64,000 bases of DNA from an uncultured Candidatus Saccharibacteria bacterium (lineage in GTDB: Bacteria > Patescibacteriota > Minisyncoccia > Phycocordibacterales > JACOZG01): positions 165,797 through 229,796 of the forward strand of contig CAZYLF010000001.1 in the NCBI GenBank assembly GCA_964648765.1. The letters are read 5' to 3'. The notes under the pieces are model-generated. The model was given only the letters and a program-made list of their open reading frames with translations, searched no databases and was not told the origin of the DNA. The translations under genes were made by a program, and so were the position numbers. This document shows positions 28,790 to 38,496 of the stretch, piece by piece. The stretch's first letter is position 1. The number at the start of each line of letters is the position of its first letter.

Positions 28790-29140
28790 TTACTCGTTCT
28801 TACATTCTTTGCAAAACAAGGATCCGTGATAGTGTTGCCTAGTGACAGTTCTCCTTAATCCTCCGATTGCCCAGTGATTACTTCGCAGTGGCGTGCGTGA
28901 TCCCGCTTGCTTCAAGTGGACTATTTTAACCACTCTCTCGTAAGCGACTTTTGCTGACAGACAGAAGTCATTACTGCACCGATATTTCACTCCACGACTT
29001 TCTTTTGCTCGCTTCTCACTATGCTTTTTATTGCGCAAACGAAAGGCAACTTCAAATTTTTGGGGCCTCGATTCTCCTTCTTTGTCATCCCAACGCCGCG
29101 GCTTTCTTAGTGTTACAACTTGTTTCAGAATTTTACTCAC
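28790..29140 (-). CDS. Basic hypothetical protein with Cys/His clusters
   Basis: GGAGGT SD before GTG 29140; C...C and HYH...CKEC motifs. Confidence 0.55.
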   Translation of the reverse strand: MSKILKQVVTLRKPRRWDDKEGESRPQKFEVAFRLRNKKHSEKRAKESRGVKYRCSNDFCLSAKVAYERVVKIVHLKQAGSRTPLRSNHWAIGGLRRTVTRQHYHGSLFCKECKNE

Positions 29141-29287
29141 ATTCACCTCCTATATTAAAATTGCAATTGGTCCTAACTGCCATTAAGTGTAACAAAAATA
29201 TTTTTTAAAATCCTTGCATTTTTGACAGTAAACATTATCCTTATCTCGGGGTTAATTTAACATGGCTATTCATGAAAGGAGGCCAGA

Positions 29288-29965
29288 ATGGTCTTTGAGC
29301 AAAACACTGATGTACCTGTTATTGCCATTGATGGCGTGGCGGGGGTAGGTAAGAGTGCTGTGGCGGAACATGTGGCCAAAATCACAGGATTCAATTTGCT
29401 GAAGAGTGGCTTACTCTACCGCTTTATCGGACTTGAATGTAAGAGGCTGGGTGTCACCGCACATTCCGAAATGGGCGATTTGGCAAGAAGTATCAAATTC
29501 AACTTTCACGGAACAGCATTATTTGCTGATGGAGTGGATGTTACTGATTTGGTTGGCACTCACGAGGCAGGTAAAGCCGCAGCTATTGTGGCTAAGGTTC
29601 AAGAGGTGAGACTTGCCGTCAGGATTACTCAACTGGCAATGAGGGATGGTGTTGGTTTGGTGGCTGAAGGTCGCGACATGGGAGAGATATTTGAAGACCC
29701 CAATATTTATCGGGTCTTCCTAATTGCTAGCCCTATGGTGAGGACAAGTCGTCGCTATGACCAGTTGGTTAAAGCGAGCCAGATCGCAGATCGAGCAGAA
29801 ATTTTAGGTAGTTTGATTGATCGCGATAGGGCAGATACTACTCGCGAGGTTGCACCACTTAAGGTGCACCCTTTGGCTGTCACAATCAATACTGATGAGA
29901 TGACACTTGATGAGGTGGTGGGCAAAGCACTCTCGTTGATTGATCGCAAGGTCGTTCGTGTTTAA
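29288..29965 (+). CDS. cmk: Cytidylate kinase
   Basis: IAIDG.AG.GKS, SGLLYR, VAEGRDMG, FL.AS, RDRAD..R.VAPL. Confidence 0.9.
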   Translation: MVFEQNTDVPVIAIDGVAGVGKSAVAEHVAKITGFNLLKSGLLYRFIGLECKRLGVTAHSEMGDLARSIKFNFHGTALFADGVDVTDLVGTHEAGKAAAIVAKVQEVRLAVRITQLAMRDGVGLVAEGRDMGEIFEDPNIYRVFLIASPMVRTSRRYDQLVKASQIADRAEILGSLIDRDRADTTREVAPLKVHPLAVTINTDEMTLDEVVGKALSLIDRKVVRV

Positions 29966-29983
29966 ACATAAGGAAAGAAAGTT

Positions 29984-30013
29984 AGCCCTGTACCATGCGG
30001 TACAGGGCTTTTT
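29984..30013 (+). terminator. Terminator after cmk
   Basis: AGCCCTGTACC-atgc-GGTACAGGGCT then TTTT. Confidence 0.75.
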
Positions 30014-30028
30014 AATTTTTAAAAAAAC

Positions 30029-30361
30029 CTAAGCAAATCGCGCGAGGAGAATGAGAGAGATTATAGCGAGGATGATACCTAACGCTTCGTAATGATTTAA
30101 AGATTCCTTAAAATATCCAACACTCAGAATTGTTAAGAAGAGAACGGTGCCGAGCGCGTAGAAAACGCCAAGGGTGGAGAGTTTAACGTGACGCATCACG
30201 AAGAACCAGCCGAAGGCTGTGGAAGCGTAAATTACAAGGCCGAGTAAAAATATTTTTAAATTTGCCGGCGACTTTACGCTAGAAAGTTTAATAAAAAAGT
30301 CACCGAGCACGCCAATTAGAGCCAACCCCACCACCGCTCCGAGCCAGATTAAAGAATTCAT
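30029..30361 (-). CDS. Small 4-TM DMT/SMR-family transporter
   Basis: 110 aa with four hydrophobic helices; FKESL...LGIIL pattern. Confidence 0.7.
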   Translation of the reverse strand: MNSLIWLGAVVGLALIGVLGDFFIKLSSVKSPANLKIFLLGLVIYASTAFGWFFVMRHVKLSTLGVFYALGTVLFLTILSVGYFKESLNHYEALGIILAIISLILLARFA

Positions 30362-30405
30362 GTGGGGGAGTATAGCATGGAGATTTTGAAAAAAATTAAC
30401 AAAAG

Positions 30406-30459
30406 AAAAGCCGCGAGAGATGCGTTGAGATATAAATCTCGCGGCTTCTCTCGCGGTTT
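30406..30459 (-). terminator. Terminator-like hairpin with duplicated arm
   Basis: AAAAGCCGCGAGA followed by two complementary TCTCGCGG arms. Confidence 0.5.
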
Positions 30460-30468
30460 GTTGACGAC

Positions 30469-30891
30469 CTAGTGTCGATCGCTAACTGCTTGACCGATCA
30501 CCATGTTTGCCTGTTTCAAGGTCTGAGAAATACTTGAGGTAATTTGTTTGGCCATACCCCGAAGATTTTCAGACATCGCTTTGTCAAAAGCTTGCTGAAT
30601 GATCCGTGAATCCGGTTCCGCAACATTATAATGGAATTGCGTTCCCGTTCCTGGGGTATGTGATAGGACGCCGATTTCGTAGGCGAATTCGCGGGCTTGG
30701 TAAAAGTTCATGACCCGACGATCTGGTCCATTGGGGTTGAGGGCTAAAAAGATTGTTTCGTTCAGCGTCATGTTAGACATCTGACCCTTATCTGCTAGCT
30801 CACCGACTTTGTCGAGGAGCACCTTGAGTGCCTGAACGACCCCGTCATAGACTCCCAGTTCTTCCATCGCCACCGTCACTTCAAACTTCAT
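30469..30891 (-). CDS. Hypothetical protein
   Basis: GAAAGGAG SD before ATG 30891; TTGACT-17-TACTTT promoter divergent from smpB. Confidence 0.65.
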   Translation of the reverse strand: MKFEVTVAMEELGVYDGVVQALKVLLDKVGELADKGQMSNMTLNETIFLALNPNGPDRRVMNFYQAREFAYEIGVLSHTPGTGTQFHYNVAEPDSRIIQQAFDKAMSENLRGMAKQITSSISQTLKQANMVIGQAVSDRH

Positions 30892-31018
30892 CCTTGTTCT
30901 CCTTTCGAGCTGTAAAAGTACCAATTTAATAGGTTTTAGAGGCAATCTGCCCAGCAAAAACCACCTAGCTTAAAGTAGCATATTTGCTACAAAAAGTCAA
31001 TGATGCTATAATCGCCCT

Positions 31019-31468
31019 ATGAGTCAATGGAGTTACAACAAAGAAGCACTGTTTAACTACGAAGTCTTGGAAAAGTTCGAGGCGGGGGTGGAACTTTTAG
31101 GCTTTGAGGTTAAAGCGATAAAAGCGGGTAAAATGAACTTGGCCGGAAGCCACGTGGGAGTTCGTGGCGGCGAAGCATTTTTAATCGGTGCCTCAATCGC
31201 CCCGTACCAAACGGCCAATACTCCAGAAGATTATGAACCTACCCGCGTGCGCAAACTACTTTTAAATAAATCAGAGCTCGCGCAACTCGCCGGTTTTGAA
31301 TCTAAAAAGGGGTTGACAATTATCCCAATTTCTGTTTATAATAAAGGGCGACGAATAAAGTTAGAAGTCGCCGTAGCTCGCGGTAAAAAGCGCTTCGACA
31401 AGCGCCAAACAATCAAGAAGCGCGAGACAGACATTGAGATCAGGAGAACTTTGAAAAATCGAGAATAA
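31019..31468 (+). CDS. smpB: SsrA-binding protein
   Basis: EAGVELLGFEVK, RVRKLLL, ARGKKRFDKR; adjacent to tmRNA. Confidence 0.97.
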   Translation: MSQWSYNKEALFNYEVLEKFEAGVELLGFEVKAIKAGKMNLAGSHVGVRGGEAFLIGASIAPYQTANTPEDYEPTRVRKLLLNKSELAQLAGFESKKGLTIIPISVYNKGRRIKLEVAVARGKKRFDKRQTIKKRETDIEIRRTLKNRE

Positions 31469-31478
31469 TTTCGCATAC

Positions 31479-31879
31479 GGGGATGATTTGGCTTCGACGA
31501 TAGAGCCAGCTCCAAGATTGCAAGCCGAGTTGCCAACACTCGTAAAAAATTGGCAACGCAAATAAGTGCTAACTTATCTGCAAAGGTAAAGGGTTTGGTG
31601 AAATCACCTTATCCTTTAACTCCAGCTTTCGCTTTAGCCTAAGCTGGCGTCTACTCTTGCTGACTTCCGATGAGCTTGAGTGGGTGTCATAAATTTCGGG
31701 ATAGTGTTCCTTGTGACTCCCGAGGAAACACGAACCCCGCCACAAGTGGGGAATGGAGAATCGGCACGAGAGAATTTTGATTATTTAATATCTCTCGCGC
31801 TTAAATATTTAAATAGTCTACGCTTGTAGATGGTCTAGAGTTACTCATTCGCACCCGGGTTCGATTCCCGGCATCTCCA
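31479..31879 (+). ncRNA. ssrA: tmRNA; tag ORF 31568-31642 encodes ANLSAKVKGLVKSPYPLTPAFALA
   Basis: 5' GGGGATGA..GCTTCGAC; 3' CCGGGTTCGATTCCCGGCATCTCCA with Ala-type G3-U70; ATAAGT-GCT resume motif; follows smpB. Confidence 0.93.
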
Positions 31880-31886
31880 CACGCCG

Positions 31887-31919
31887 CAAAAAAGACTACC
31901 TTAATTGGTAGTTTTTTTG
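31887..31919. terminator. Bidirectional terminator after ssrA
   Basis: CAAAAAAGACTACC...GGTAGTTTTTTTG. Confidence 0.7.
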
Positions 31920-31980
31920 TGCGCGTTGGTAATTTTTATGTCCTAGCCACGGCTTGAATTTTAAGTATAATGGCTTAAAT

Positions 31981-33873
31981 ATGGCAAAAAAGTCAAAAAA
32001 ACAAGCATCATTGTGGGGGCAATTCGGCGGGCAGTTGATGACGGCCGTTTTGATTATTTTAATGGTGGTTAGCCTTTATTCTCTGGTGTCTGAGGGGGTC
32101 AAACCCGGGCCTGAGGCTATCACTTTTTCTGAAGTAGCCAAGAGTGTGAGCGCAGGCGAGGTAACCAAGATCATTGTGGCTGGCAACGAGCTTAAGGTGG
32201 AACTTAAGTCAGGCGAGGAGAAGAAGTCGATTAAGGAGTCTGAATCTTCACTCACTGAAGCCCTCGCCAATTACGGAGTCACTGAAGCCCAGTTACAAAA
32301 TTTAAACGTGGCGGTAGAGAGTCCTAGCGGCCTCTCATTCTGGCTTTTAAATCTTTTGCCAATTTTGATTCCAATTATTTTTGTTCTCTTTATTTTTTGG
32401 TCGATTTCCAAGCAAGTTCGCGGGGCGAGTATGCAAGCTTTTACCTTCGGTCAATCTAAGGCGCGGATGATTGATCCTAATGATGTTGGGCAGCGGATTA
32501 CTTTCAAAGACGTGGCCGGCGTGCGCGAGGCTAAAGAAGAACTTTTAGAAATTGTGGATTTTTTGAAGAATCCTAAAAAGTTTTTGGACATTGGCGCTAA
32601 AATTCCCAAAGGAGTTTTGCTTATGGGTGCACCAGGCACAGGTAAAACTTTACTTGCTCGAGCCGTGGCTGGTGAGGCCGAGGTGCCATTCTTCCACCTC
32701 TCTGGTTCAGAATTTGTGGAGATGTTTGTGGGTGTGGGGGCCAGTCGCGTGCGTGATTTATTTAAAATGGCGAAGAAGGCGGCGCCAGCGATTATTTTCA
32801 TTGATGAGATCGACGCGATTGGCCGACATCGTGGTTCGGGTATGGGTGGCGGCAATGACGAGCGTGAGCAAACCTTAAACCAGATCTTGGTAGAGATGGA
32901 TGGCTTTGAGCCTACCGAAAAGTTGATCGTGATGGCGGCCACTAACCGCCCCGACGTGCTGGATGTGGCGCTTCTTCGTCCAGGGCGTTTTGATCGGCGA
33001 GTGATGCTTGATAAGCCCGACATTCGTGATCGAGAAGAAATTCTCCAGATTTACGCTCGCAAAAAGCCGATGGGCGCAGATGTAAACTTGCGCGTGATTG
33101 CTGAGCGCACGCCCGGCTTCTCTGGCGCAGACCTGGCCAACGTGATGAACGAGGGCGCGATTTTGGCCGCGCGCGAGAATCGTAAAGAGATCACCCAATA
33201 TGATCTGATCCGCAGTGTGGAGAAGGTGATTTTGGGTCCAGAACGGAAGAGTCACATCCTCTCGCCAAAAGAGAAGCGGATCACGGCCTATCATGAGATT
33301 GGCCATGCTCTGGTGGCGTCATTGCTCCCCAATGCTGATCCGGTGCACAAAGTTTCAATAATCTCGCGCGGACACGCGGCTGGTTACACACTCAAATTAC
33401 CTTTTGAAGATAAAAAGTTAGAATCCAAAAAAGAATTTTTAGATGATATTGCGATGTCGCTCGGCGGTTACGCGGTGGAGCAGTTGGTGTTTGGCGATAT
33501 CACCACTGGTGCTTCCAACGATATTGCTGTGGCCACCTCAATGGCGCGCGATATGGTCACACGTTATGGCATGAGTGATAAACTCGGGCCGGTAGCTTAT
33601 GATATGGGCTCACAAAAATATTTAAACGGTGGTGGTGCGGTGGCCGAGAAAGTTTCTTCAGAATCTGTGTCGGCGATGATTGATGCGGAAGTTTCTGAGA
33701 TTATGAATCAAGCGCTCACGCGCGCTCGAGAACTGGTGACCACTAATCGTAAAGTGTTAGATAATATGTCTGAGGAACTTATTAAAGTGGAAACCATCGA
33801 TCGCGAAGACTTCGAAAAACTGTTAATCTTAAACGGGATTAAACCTAAGGAGAGGATAATATCCGCGGCTTAG
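31981..33873 (+). CDS. ftsH: ATP-dependent zinc metalloprotease FtsH
   Basis: Two TM helices, [32 protein letters not shown]. Confidence 0.98.
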   Translation: MAKKSKKQASLWGQFGGQLMTAVLIILMVVSLYSLVSEGVKPGPEAITFSEVAKSVSAGEVTKIIVAGNELKVELKSGEEKKSIKESESSLTEALANYGVTEAQLQNLNVAVESPSGLSFWLLNLLPILIPIIFVLFIFWSISKQVRGASMQAFTFGQSKARMIDPNDVGQRITFKDVAGVREAKEELLEIVDFLKNPKKFLDIGAKIPKGVLLMGAPGTGKTLLARAVAGEAEVPFFHLSGSEFVEMFVGVGASRVRDLFKMAKKAAPAIIFIDEIDAIGRHRGSGMGGGNDEREQTLNQILVEMDGFEPTEKLIVMAATNRPDVLDVALLRPGRFDRRVMLDKPDIRDREEILQIYARKKPMGADVNLRVIAERTPGFSGADLANVMNEGAILAARENRKEITQYDLIRSVEKVILGPERKSHILSPKEKRITAYHEIGHALVASLLPNADPVHKVSIISRGHAAGYTLKLPFEDKKLESKKEFLDDIAMSLGGYAVEQLVFGDITTGASNDIAVATSMARDMVTRYGMSDKLGPVAYDMGSQKYLNGGGAVAEKVSSESVSAMIDAEVSEIMNQALTRARELVTTNRKVLDNMSEELIKVETIDREDFEKLLILNGIKPKERIISAA

Positions 33874-33878
33874 GTTTC

Positions 33879-33950
33879 CGACCCGTAGCTCAATGGTGGA
33901 GCCGCCGTCTTATACACGGCTGGTTGTAGGTTCGAATCCTACCGGGTCGA
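33879..33950 (+). tRNA. tRNA-Ile(UAU)
   Basis: Cloverleaf: CGACCCG/CGGGTCG acceptor stem, GCCGT-CTTATAC-ACGGC anticodon arm (TAT), TTCGAAT T-loop, A73. Confidence 0.88.
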
Positions 33951-33952
33951 CA

Positions 33953-36091
33953 CTATTCAAAATGGATTTCTTTTTGTTCTGGGAGTGCAAAGATTTTTCC
34001 ACTCTCGATCATTTTTTTTGCCTCTTCGCGTGCGGCTTCCACCATCTTGAGATTTTGTAAAGCTTCCATGCCGATGTCGGAGACGCCCCATTGTTTGCCG
34101 CCACTTAAGGCGCCGGCGCCGCGGAGTTTGAGATCAATCTCGGCGAGCTCAAAGCCACTCTTAGCTTCTTTCAGTGCCTTCAAGCGTTCAATAGCTTTAC
34201 CAGTTTTTAAGTCTGTGAAAATGTAACAATAAGCTTGGTGTGAACTGCGGAGCACGCGCCCGCGGAGTTGGTGGAGTTGAGCAAGGCCGAAGCGTTCAGC
34301 GCCCTCAATAATTATGATCGTGGCGTTGGGTACGTTCACGCCAACTTCCACCACTGACGTGGCGACTAAAATATCAATTTTGCCAGCGGTAAAATCCGCC
34401 ATCACTTGCTCCTTATCTTTCGGCAGTAATTTACTGTGTACTAAACCAACTTCAAATTCCGGAAAGATTTTGGTTTGCAACCTTTCCGCTTCAGCTTTAG
34501 CCGACTTAGCTTCCACTGCTAATTCTTTGGTTGGATCTGGTTCATCTATTCTGGGGCAAATTACATAAGCCTGGCGACCAGTTTTAATTTCCGCGCGGAT
34601 TTTCTCATATGATTTTGAGCGTTCACTTTCCGGAATTATTTCCGTGATGATCGGTTTGCGACCGACAGGTGATTGGTCGAGCAAACTTAAATCAAGATCG
34701 CCGTAAACAGTGAGAGCCAAGGTGCGCGGAATCGGCGTGGCGGTCATGGAGAGGAGGTGAGGCAGGCGCTCGTGGCGGGATGCTAGTTTCGCGCGTTGTT
34801 CCACGCCGAAGCGGTGCTGCTCATCAATAATTACGTAAGCTAAGTTCTTAAACTTTACCGTTTTCTGGATAAGTGAATGTGTACCAATTAAAATCGGAAT
34901 GTCACCATTGGCTACCCATTTAAGAAGTTGCGGGCGAGAGATGTGAGTGTGGGCGGCCTTCTCTGTGCCGATGTTAATTTTAGACGGGAATTTGCGACAC
35001 TCGGTGCCGGTGATTAAACCGATATTAATATTCAAATGACGAAAGTATTGGATGAAAGATTCAAAGTGTTGACGCGCTAAAATTTCCGTCGGCACCATGT
35101 AGGCCACGCTGTGCCCGGCTTTCACCACAGCGAAGGCGGTTGAGGCGGCCACGGCCGTTTTGCCAGAGCCCACATCGCCCTCGAGCAAACGCATCATTGG
35201 TTCACCTTTGCTAAAGTCTTCAAGAATTTGTTTGATTGTGCGTTCTTGAGCGCCAGTAATTTTGAACGGGAATCTCGATACAAAATCTCTAAGCAATTCG
35301 TCGGTCACTTTAATTTTAAAGCCTTCATGTTCGCGATACTTTTGGCGTAAACTTTGGCGCGCCAACTGGATAAAAAAGATTTCTTCAAAGGCGAAACGTT
35401 TCCGTGCCACTTTTGTTTGATCCTCGGTTTGTGGTGCGTGGAGCCAAATCATTGCCGTTTTCAAGACCGGCAAATTATATTTTTCCAAAATTTCAATTGG
35501 CACCGGGTCGGCGATTTGATCTAAAATTCCGCTGGCGATTAATTGCTTAATTCGATATTCAAACCAGGCGCTAGATACACCGCGCGATTCTGGGTAAATC
35601 GCCCGCCAAAAGCTTTGCATTTGGGCGGGTCCGCCAAAATGACTTTCCGTCTTTTGGCTGGAAAATAGCGTGCCACCACCGAGATCTTCCACTCCTTCAA
35701 TCTGCGGATTAGATAAATAAATTTCATCTTTACGCTTACTAACTGTGCCCGTGAGTTTAACGGCGCGGCCAGGCGCAAACGGCTTAACCATATAGACTTG
35801 ATGGAACCAGACCGTTTTCAACTTTCCCGTTTCATCTTCAACCGTCATCTCGGCTAAAGGCATTTTCCTCCTAAAAGCCTTACCAATTTTAGTACTCAAA
35901 ACAATCCCATAAACTGAAACTTTATCTCCCTCAATTAATTCATTAATTTTCCGGACATTGGCCGGAATTTCGTGCCGAGTAGGGAAGTGATAAAGCAGAT
36001 CTTTAAGTGTCAAAATTTTCAATTTTTCCAAAGCTTTGGTTTGAGCCGGTTTTAGTCGGAAGGCGTCAGAGGCTAAGGTGTCTGGGGTCAT
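33953..36091 (-). CDS. recG: ATP-dependent DNA helicase RecG
   Basis: RLLEGDVGSGKT, PTEILARQH, DEQHRFGV, MTATPIPRTL, AERFGLAQLHQLRGRV; start set at ATG 36091. Confidence 0.97.
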   Translation of the reverse strand: MTPDTLASDAFRLKPAQTKALEKLKILTLKDLLYHFPTRHEIPANVRKINELIEGDKVSVYGIVLSTKIGKAFRRKMPLAEMTVEDETGKLKTVWFHQVYMVKPFAPGRAVKLTGTVSKRKDEIYLSNPQIEGVEDLGGGTLFSSQKTESHFGGPAQMQSFWRAIYPESRGVSSAWFEYRIKQLIASGILDQIADPVPIEILEKYNLPVLKTAMIWLHAPQTEDQTKVARKRFAFEEIFFIQLARQSLRQKYREHEGFKIKVTDELLRDFVSRFPFKITGAQERTIKQILEDFSKGEPMMRLLEGDVGSGKTAVAASTAFAVVKAGHSVAYMVPTEILARQHFESFIQYFRHLNINIGLITGTECRKFPSKINIGTEKAAHTHISRPQLLKWVANGDIPILIGTHSLIQKTVKFKNLAYVIIDEQHRFGVEQRAKLASRHERLPHLLSMTATPIPRTLALTVYGDLDLSLLDQSPVGRKPIITEIIPESERSKSYEKIRAEIKTGRQAYVICPRIDEPDPTKELAVEAKSAKAEAERLQTKIFPEFEVGLVHSKLLPKDKEQVMADFTAGKIDILVATSVVEVGVNVPNATIIIIEGAERFGLAQLHQLRGRVLRSSHQAYCYIFTDLKTGKAIERLKALKEAKSGFELAEIDLKLRGAGALSGGKQWGVSDIGMEALQNLKMVEAAREEAKKMIESGKIFALPEQKEIHFE

Positions 36092-36119
36092 AAATATTAA
36101 ACTATCATAACATTGATAT

Positions 36120-36150
36120 AAAAAACCGCCCCGATAATACTTGGGGCGGC
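36120..36150 (-). terminator. Terminator after the 36162-36734 gene
   Basis: AAAAAACCGCCCC...GGGGCGG. Confidence 0.6.
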
Positions 36151-36161
36151 ACGTTCGATTG

Positions 36162-36734
36162 TTACACTGCAAGGGATTTGATCCGCTGTTCCCTTACCTC
36201 TTCACTTTCGATTCTCAATTCTCCGTCTTTCACAACTAGCATTTGTGAACACCCACCATTCTTTAAACTCGGCCTCGTTTGGCTGTCGCAGTAAAAGATA
36301 GTGGCGACACTTTTTTTATGGCTGAGACGGTACTCACCATTCTTCAGAACTGCGTCGTGCGATTCGATATCCCAATGGTAATTGCACAGCAACATTCCAA
36401 AAGCGACGAAGGCTGGATCGCGGAAACCAAAACCATCTTCCCTTGATTCTCCTGGAACAAAATCGTATCCAATCAACAGGCGGTGCTCTTTGGAATGAAA
36501 ATACCTGACCATCTTGTAGCCGAGAGTGATGAGAACTTTGGGTAACTCGCTTAGGTCGATTAAACCACCGGAGCCAATCATGTATTCTTCTTTTTCCACG
36601 CCGATCGCCATGTCGTCTCTTGTTCTGTTTTCCTTACCTTCAATTCCGTCTGGGATCCAACATTGTCCGTTGACACGAAATCGAAACATTATTCTTGTGA
36701 GTTCTTTGTTACCTCTCCTAAGAATCATCCGCAT
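36162..36734 (-). CDS. Hypothetical protein
   Basis: AGGAGG SD, upstream TATAAT and own terminator; no recognised motif. Confidence 0.65.
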   Translation of the reverse strand: MRMILRRGNKELTRIMFRFRVNGQCWIPDGIEGKENRTRDDMAIGVEKEEYMIGSGGLIDLSELPKVLITLGYKMVRYFHSKEHRLLIGYDFVPGESREDGFGFRDPAFVAFGMLLCNYHWDIESHDAVLKNGEYRLSHKKSVATIFYCDSQTRPSLKNGGCSQMLVVKDGELRIESEEVREQRIKSLAV

Positions 36735-36813
36735 GGGAGCCTCCTAGCAAAGAGAAAAGGGAAGAAATGTACACGCTGGTGGCTATTATAGATGGATAGT
36801 TTAAAATGTCCAC

Positions 36814-38496
36814 ATGACTCAAGACGGGGCGTTAAAAATTCTTAAAACTGGGGCGAATGTTTTTTTAACCGGTGAGCCGGGAAGTGGTAAAACGCACACG
36901 GTTAATGCCTACGTGCGCTATTTACGCGAGCACGATATTGAGCCGGCGATTACGGCTTCCACGGGCATTGCCGCCACGCACATTGGCGGCATGACGATTC
37001 ACTCTTGGAGCGGGATCGGGATTAAGGGCGGTTTAACAGATTACGACCTCGATTTAATTTCGCAAAATGAGCGCTTGGTGCGACGCATCGGCAAGACGAA
37101 AATTTTAATTATTGATGAGATCTCCATGCTCGCGGCGCGGACGCTTGCGATGGTGGATCAAGTTTGCCGTTTACTGAAGGGAGAGGAGAGTTTACCTTTC
37201 GGCGGGATTCAAGTGGTGCTCGTTGGTGACTTCTTCCAACTTCCGCCAGTTTTTAAAAATGAAAAGAATATGTTTGGTAATTCCGAACCACAATTTGCCT
37301 ATCAATCGCCGGTGTGGGGCGAGGCTAAACCAGTGGTTTGCTATTTGCATGAGCAACACCGGCAAGAAGATAAAAACTTTCTTGATGTGCTTTCGGCTTT
37401 ACGTCGTGGGGAAATTACCAATCAGCACATGGCACATTTAGAAAGGCGGATAACTCAAGATGAAGTGCCTGGGGGCATTACCCAACTTTTTCCTCACAAT
37501 GAAAACGTGGACAGGATTAATGATGCGGAATTGGGCAAGTTAAATACATCTGGCCGAATTTATAAAATGACGTCCAAAGGCGCGCCACATTTAATTGAGG
37601 CTCTTAAAAAAAGTTGTTTGTCACCAGAAACTTTAGCGCTCAAAATTGGGGCCAAAGTAATGTTTACCAAAAATAGTTTGGAAGGCGAGTTTGTAAACGG
37701 CACAACAGGTGAAGTCACAGGCTTCGATCAACTTGTAGGTAAACCGATTGTGAAGACGCGAGAAGGGAAAGTTTTAGTAGTTGAGGAAAATGAGTGGGTG
37801 GTAGAAAATGATGGCAAAATTCTGGCGAGGATCCAGCAATTACCACTTCGCCTCGCCTGGGCGATTACGGTGCATAAAAGTCAGGGAATTTCACTCGACG
37901 CGGCAGTCATCGATCTCTCTCAAGCCTTTGAATATGGCCAAGGTTACGTGGCGCTTTCGCGAGTACGTTCGCTTAAAGGTTTACATTTACGTGGTTTAAA
38001 CGAGCGTGCTTTGGCCACGCATCCGGCGGTGCGAACTAAAGATGCGGAATTCCGTCGTGGCTCAGACGAGGCGAGTAAATACTTCCGCGTTATTGAACCG
38101 GCAGAGCTCACTAAAATGCATCACAATTTTATTAAATCTTCAGGTGGGGAAGTGGAAGCGCAAAATGTGCCACAGAAAAAAGTTTTAAAAGCTAAAGGAT
38201 CTGAGGGGACGCTGATTTTAATTAAGGAGAAAGCAAGTTTAGAAGAAATTGCCAAGGGGCGTAAATTAACTTTAGGGACGATTATTAAACACGTTGAGGA
38301 TTTAATAAAAGTTAAAAAAATTTCTGTAAAAGATATTACTTATCTTGAGCGCGGGCAAGAAGATGAATTAAAAGAAATAAAAAATATGTTTAAGAAAAAT
38401 TCTTCACAACCACTCAAAACTATTTTCGAAAAACTTGGTGGAATTTATTCTTACGAACAAATTAAATTGGCGAGGATTTTAACTCAAGTTACTTAG
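36814..38496 (+). CDS. PIF1-family DNA helicase with C-terminal HTH
   Basis: TGEPGSGKT, ASTGIAA, IIDEISM, PFGG, GDFFQLPPV, LAWAITVHKSQG, YVALSR. Confidence 0.92.
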   Translation: MTQDGALKILKTGANVFLTGEPGSGKTHTVNAYVRYLREHDIEPAITASTGIAATHIGGMTIHSWSGIGIKGGLTDYDLDLISQNERLVRRIGKTKILIIDEISMLAARTLAMVDQVCRLLKGEESLPFGGIQVVLVGDFFQLPPVFKNEKNMFGNSEPQFAYQSPVWGEAKPVVCYLHEQHRQEDKNFLDVLSALRRGEITNQHMAHLERRITQDEVPGGITQLFPHNENVDRINDAELGKLNTSGRIYKMTSKGAPHLIEALKKSCLSPETLALKIGAKVMFTKNSLEGEFVNGTTGEVTGFDQLVGKPIVKTREGKVLVVEENEWVVENDGKILARIQQLPLRLAWAITVHKSQGISLDAAVIDLSQAFEYGQGYVALSRVRSLKGLHLRGLNERALATHPAVRTKDAEFRRGSDEASKYFRVIEPAELTKMHHNFIKSSGGEVEAQNVPQKKVLKAKGSEGTLILIKEKASLEEIAKGRKLTLGTIIKHVEDLIKVKKISVKDITYLERGQEDELKEIKNMFKKNSSQPLKTIFEKLGGIYSYEQIKLARILTQVT

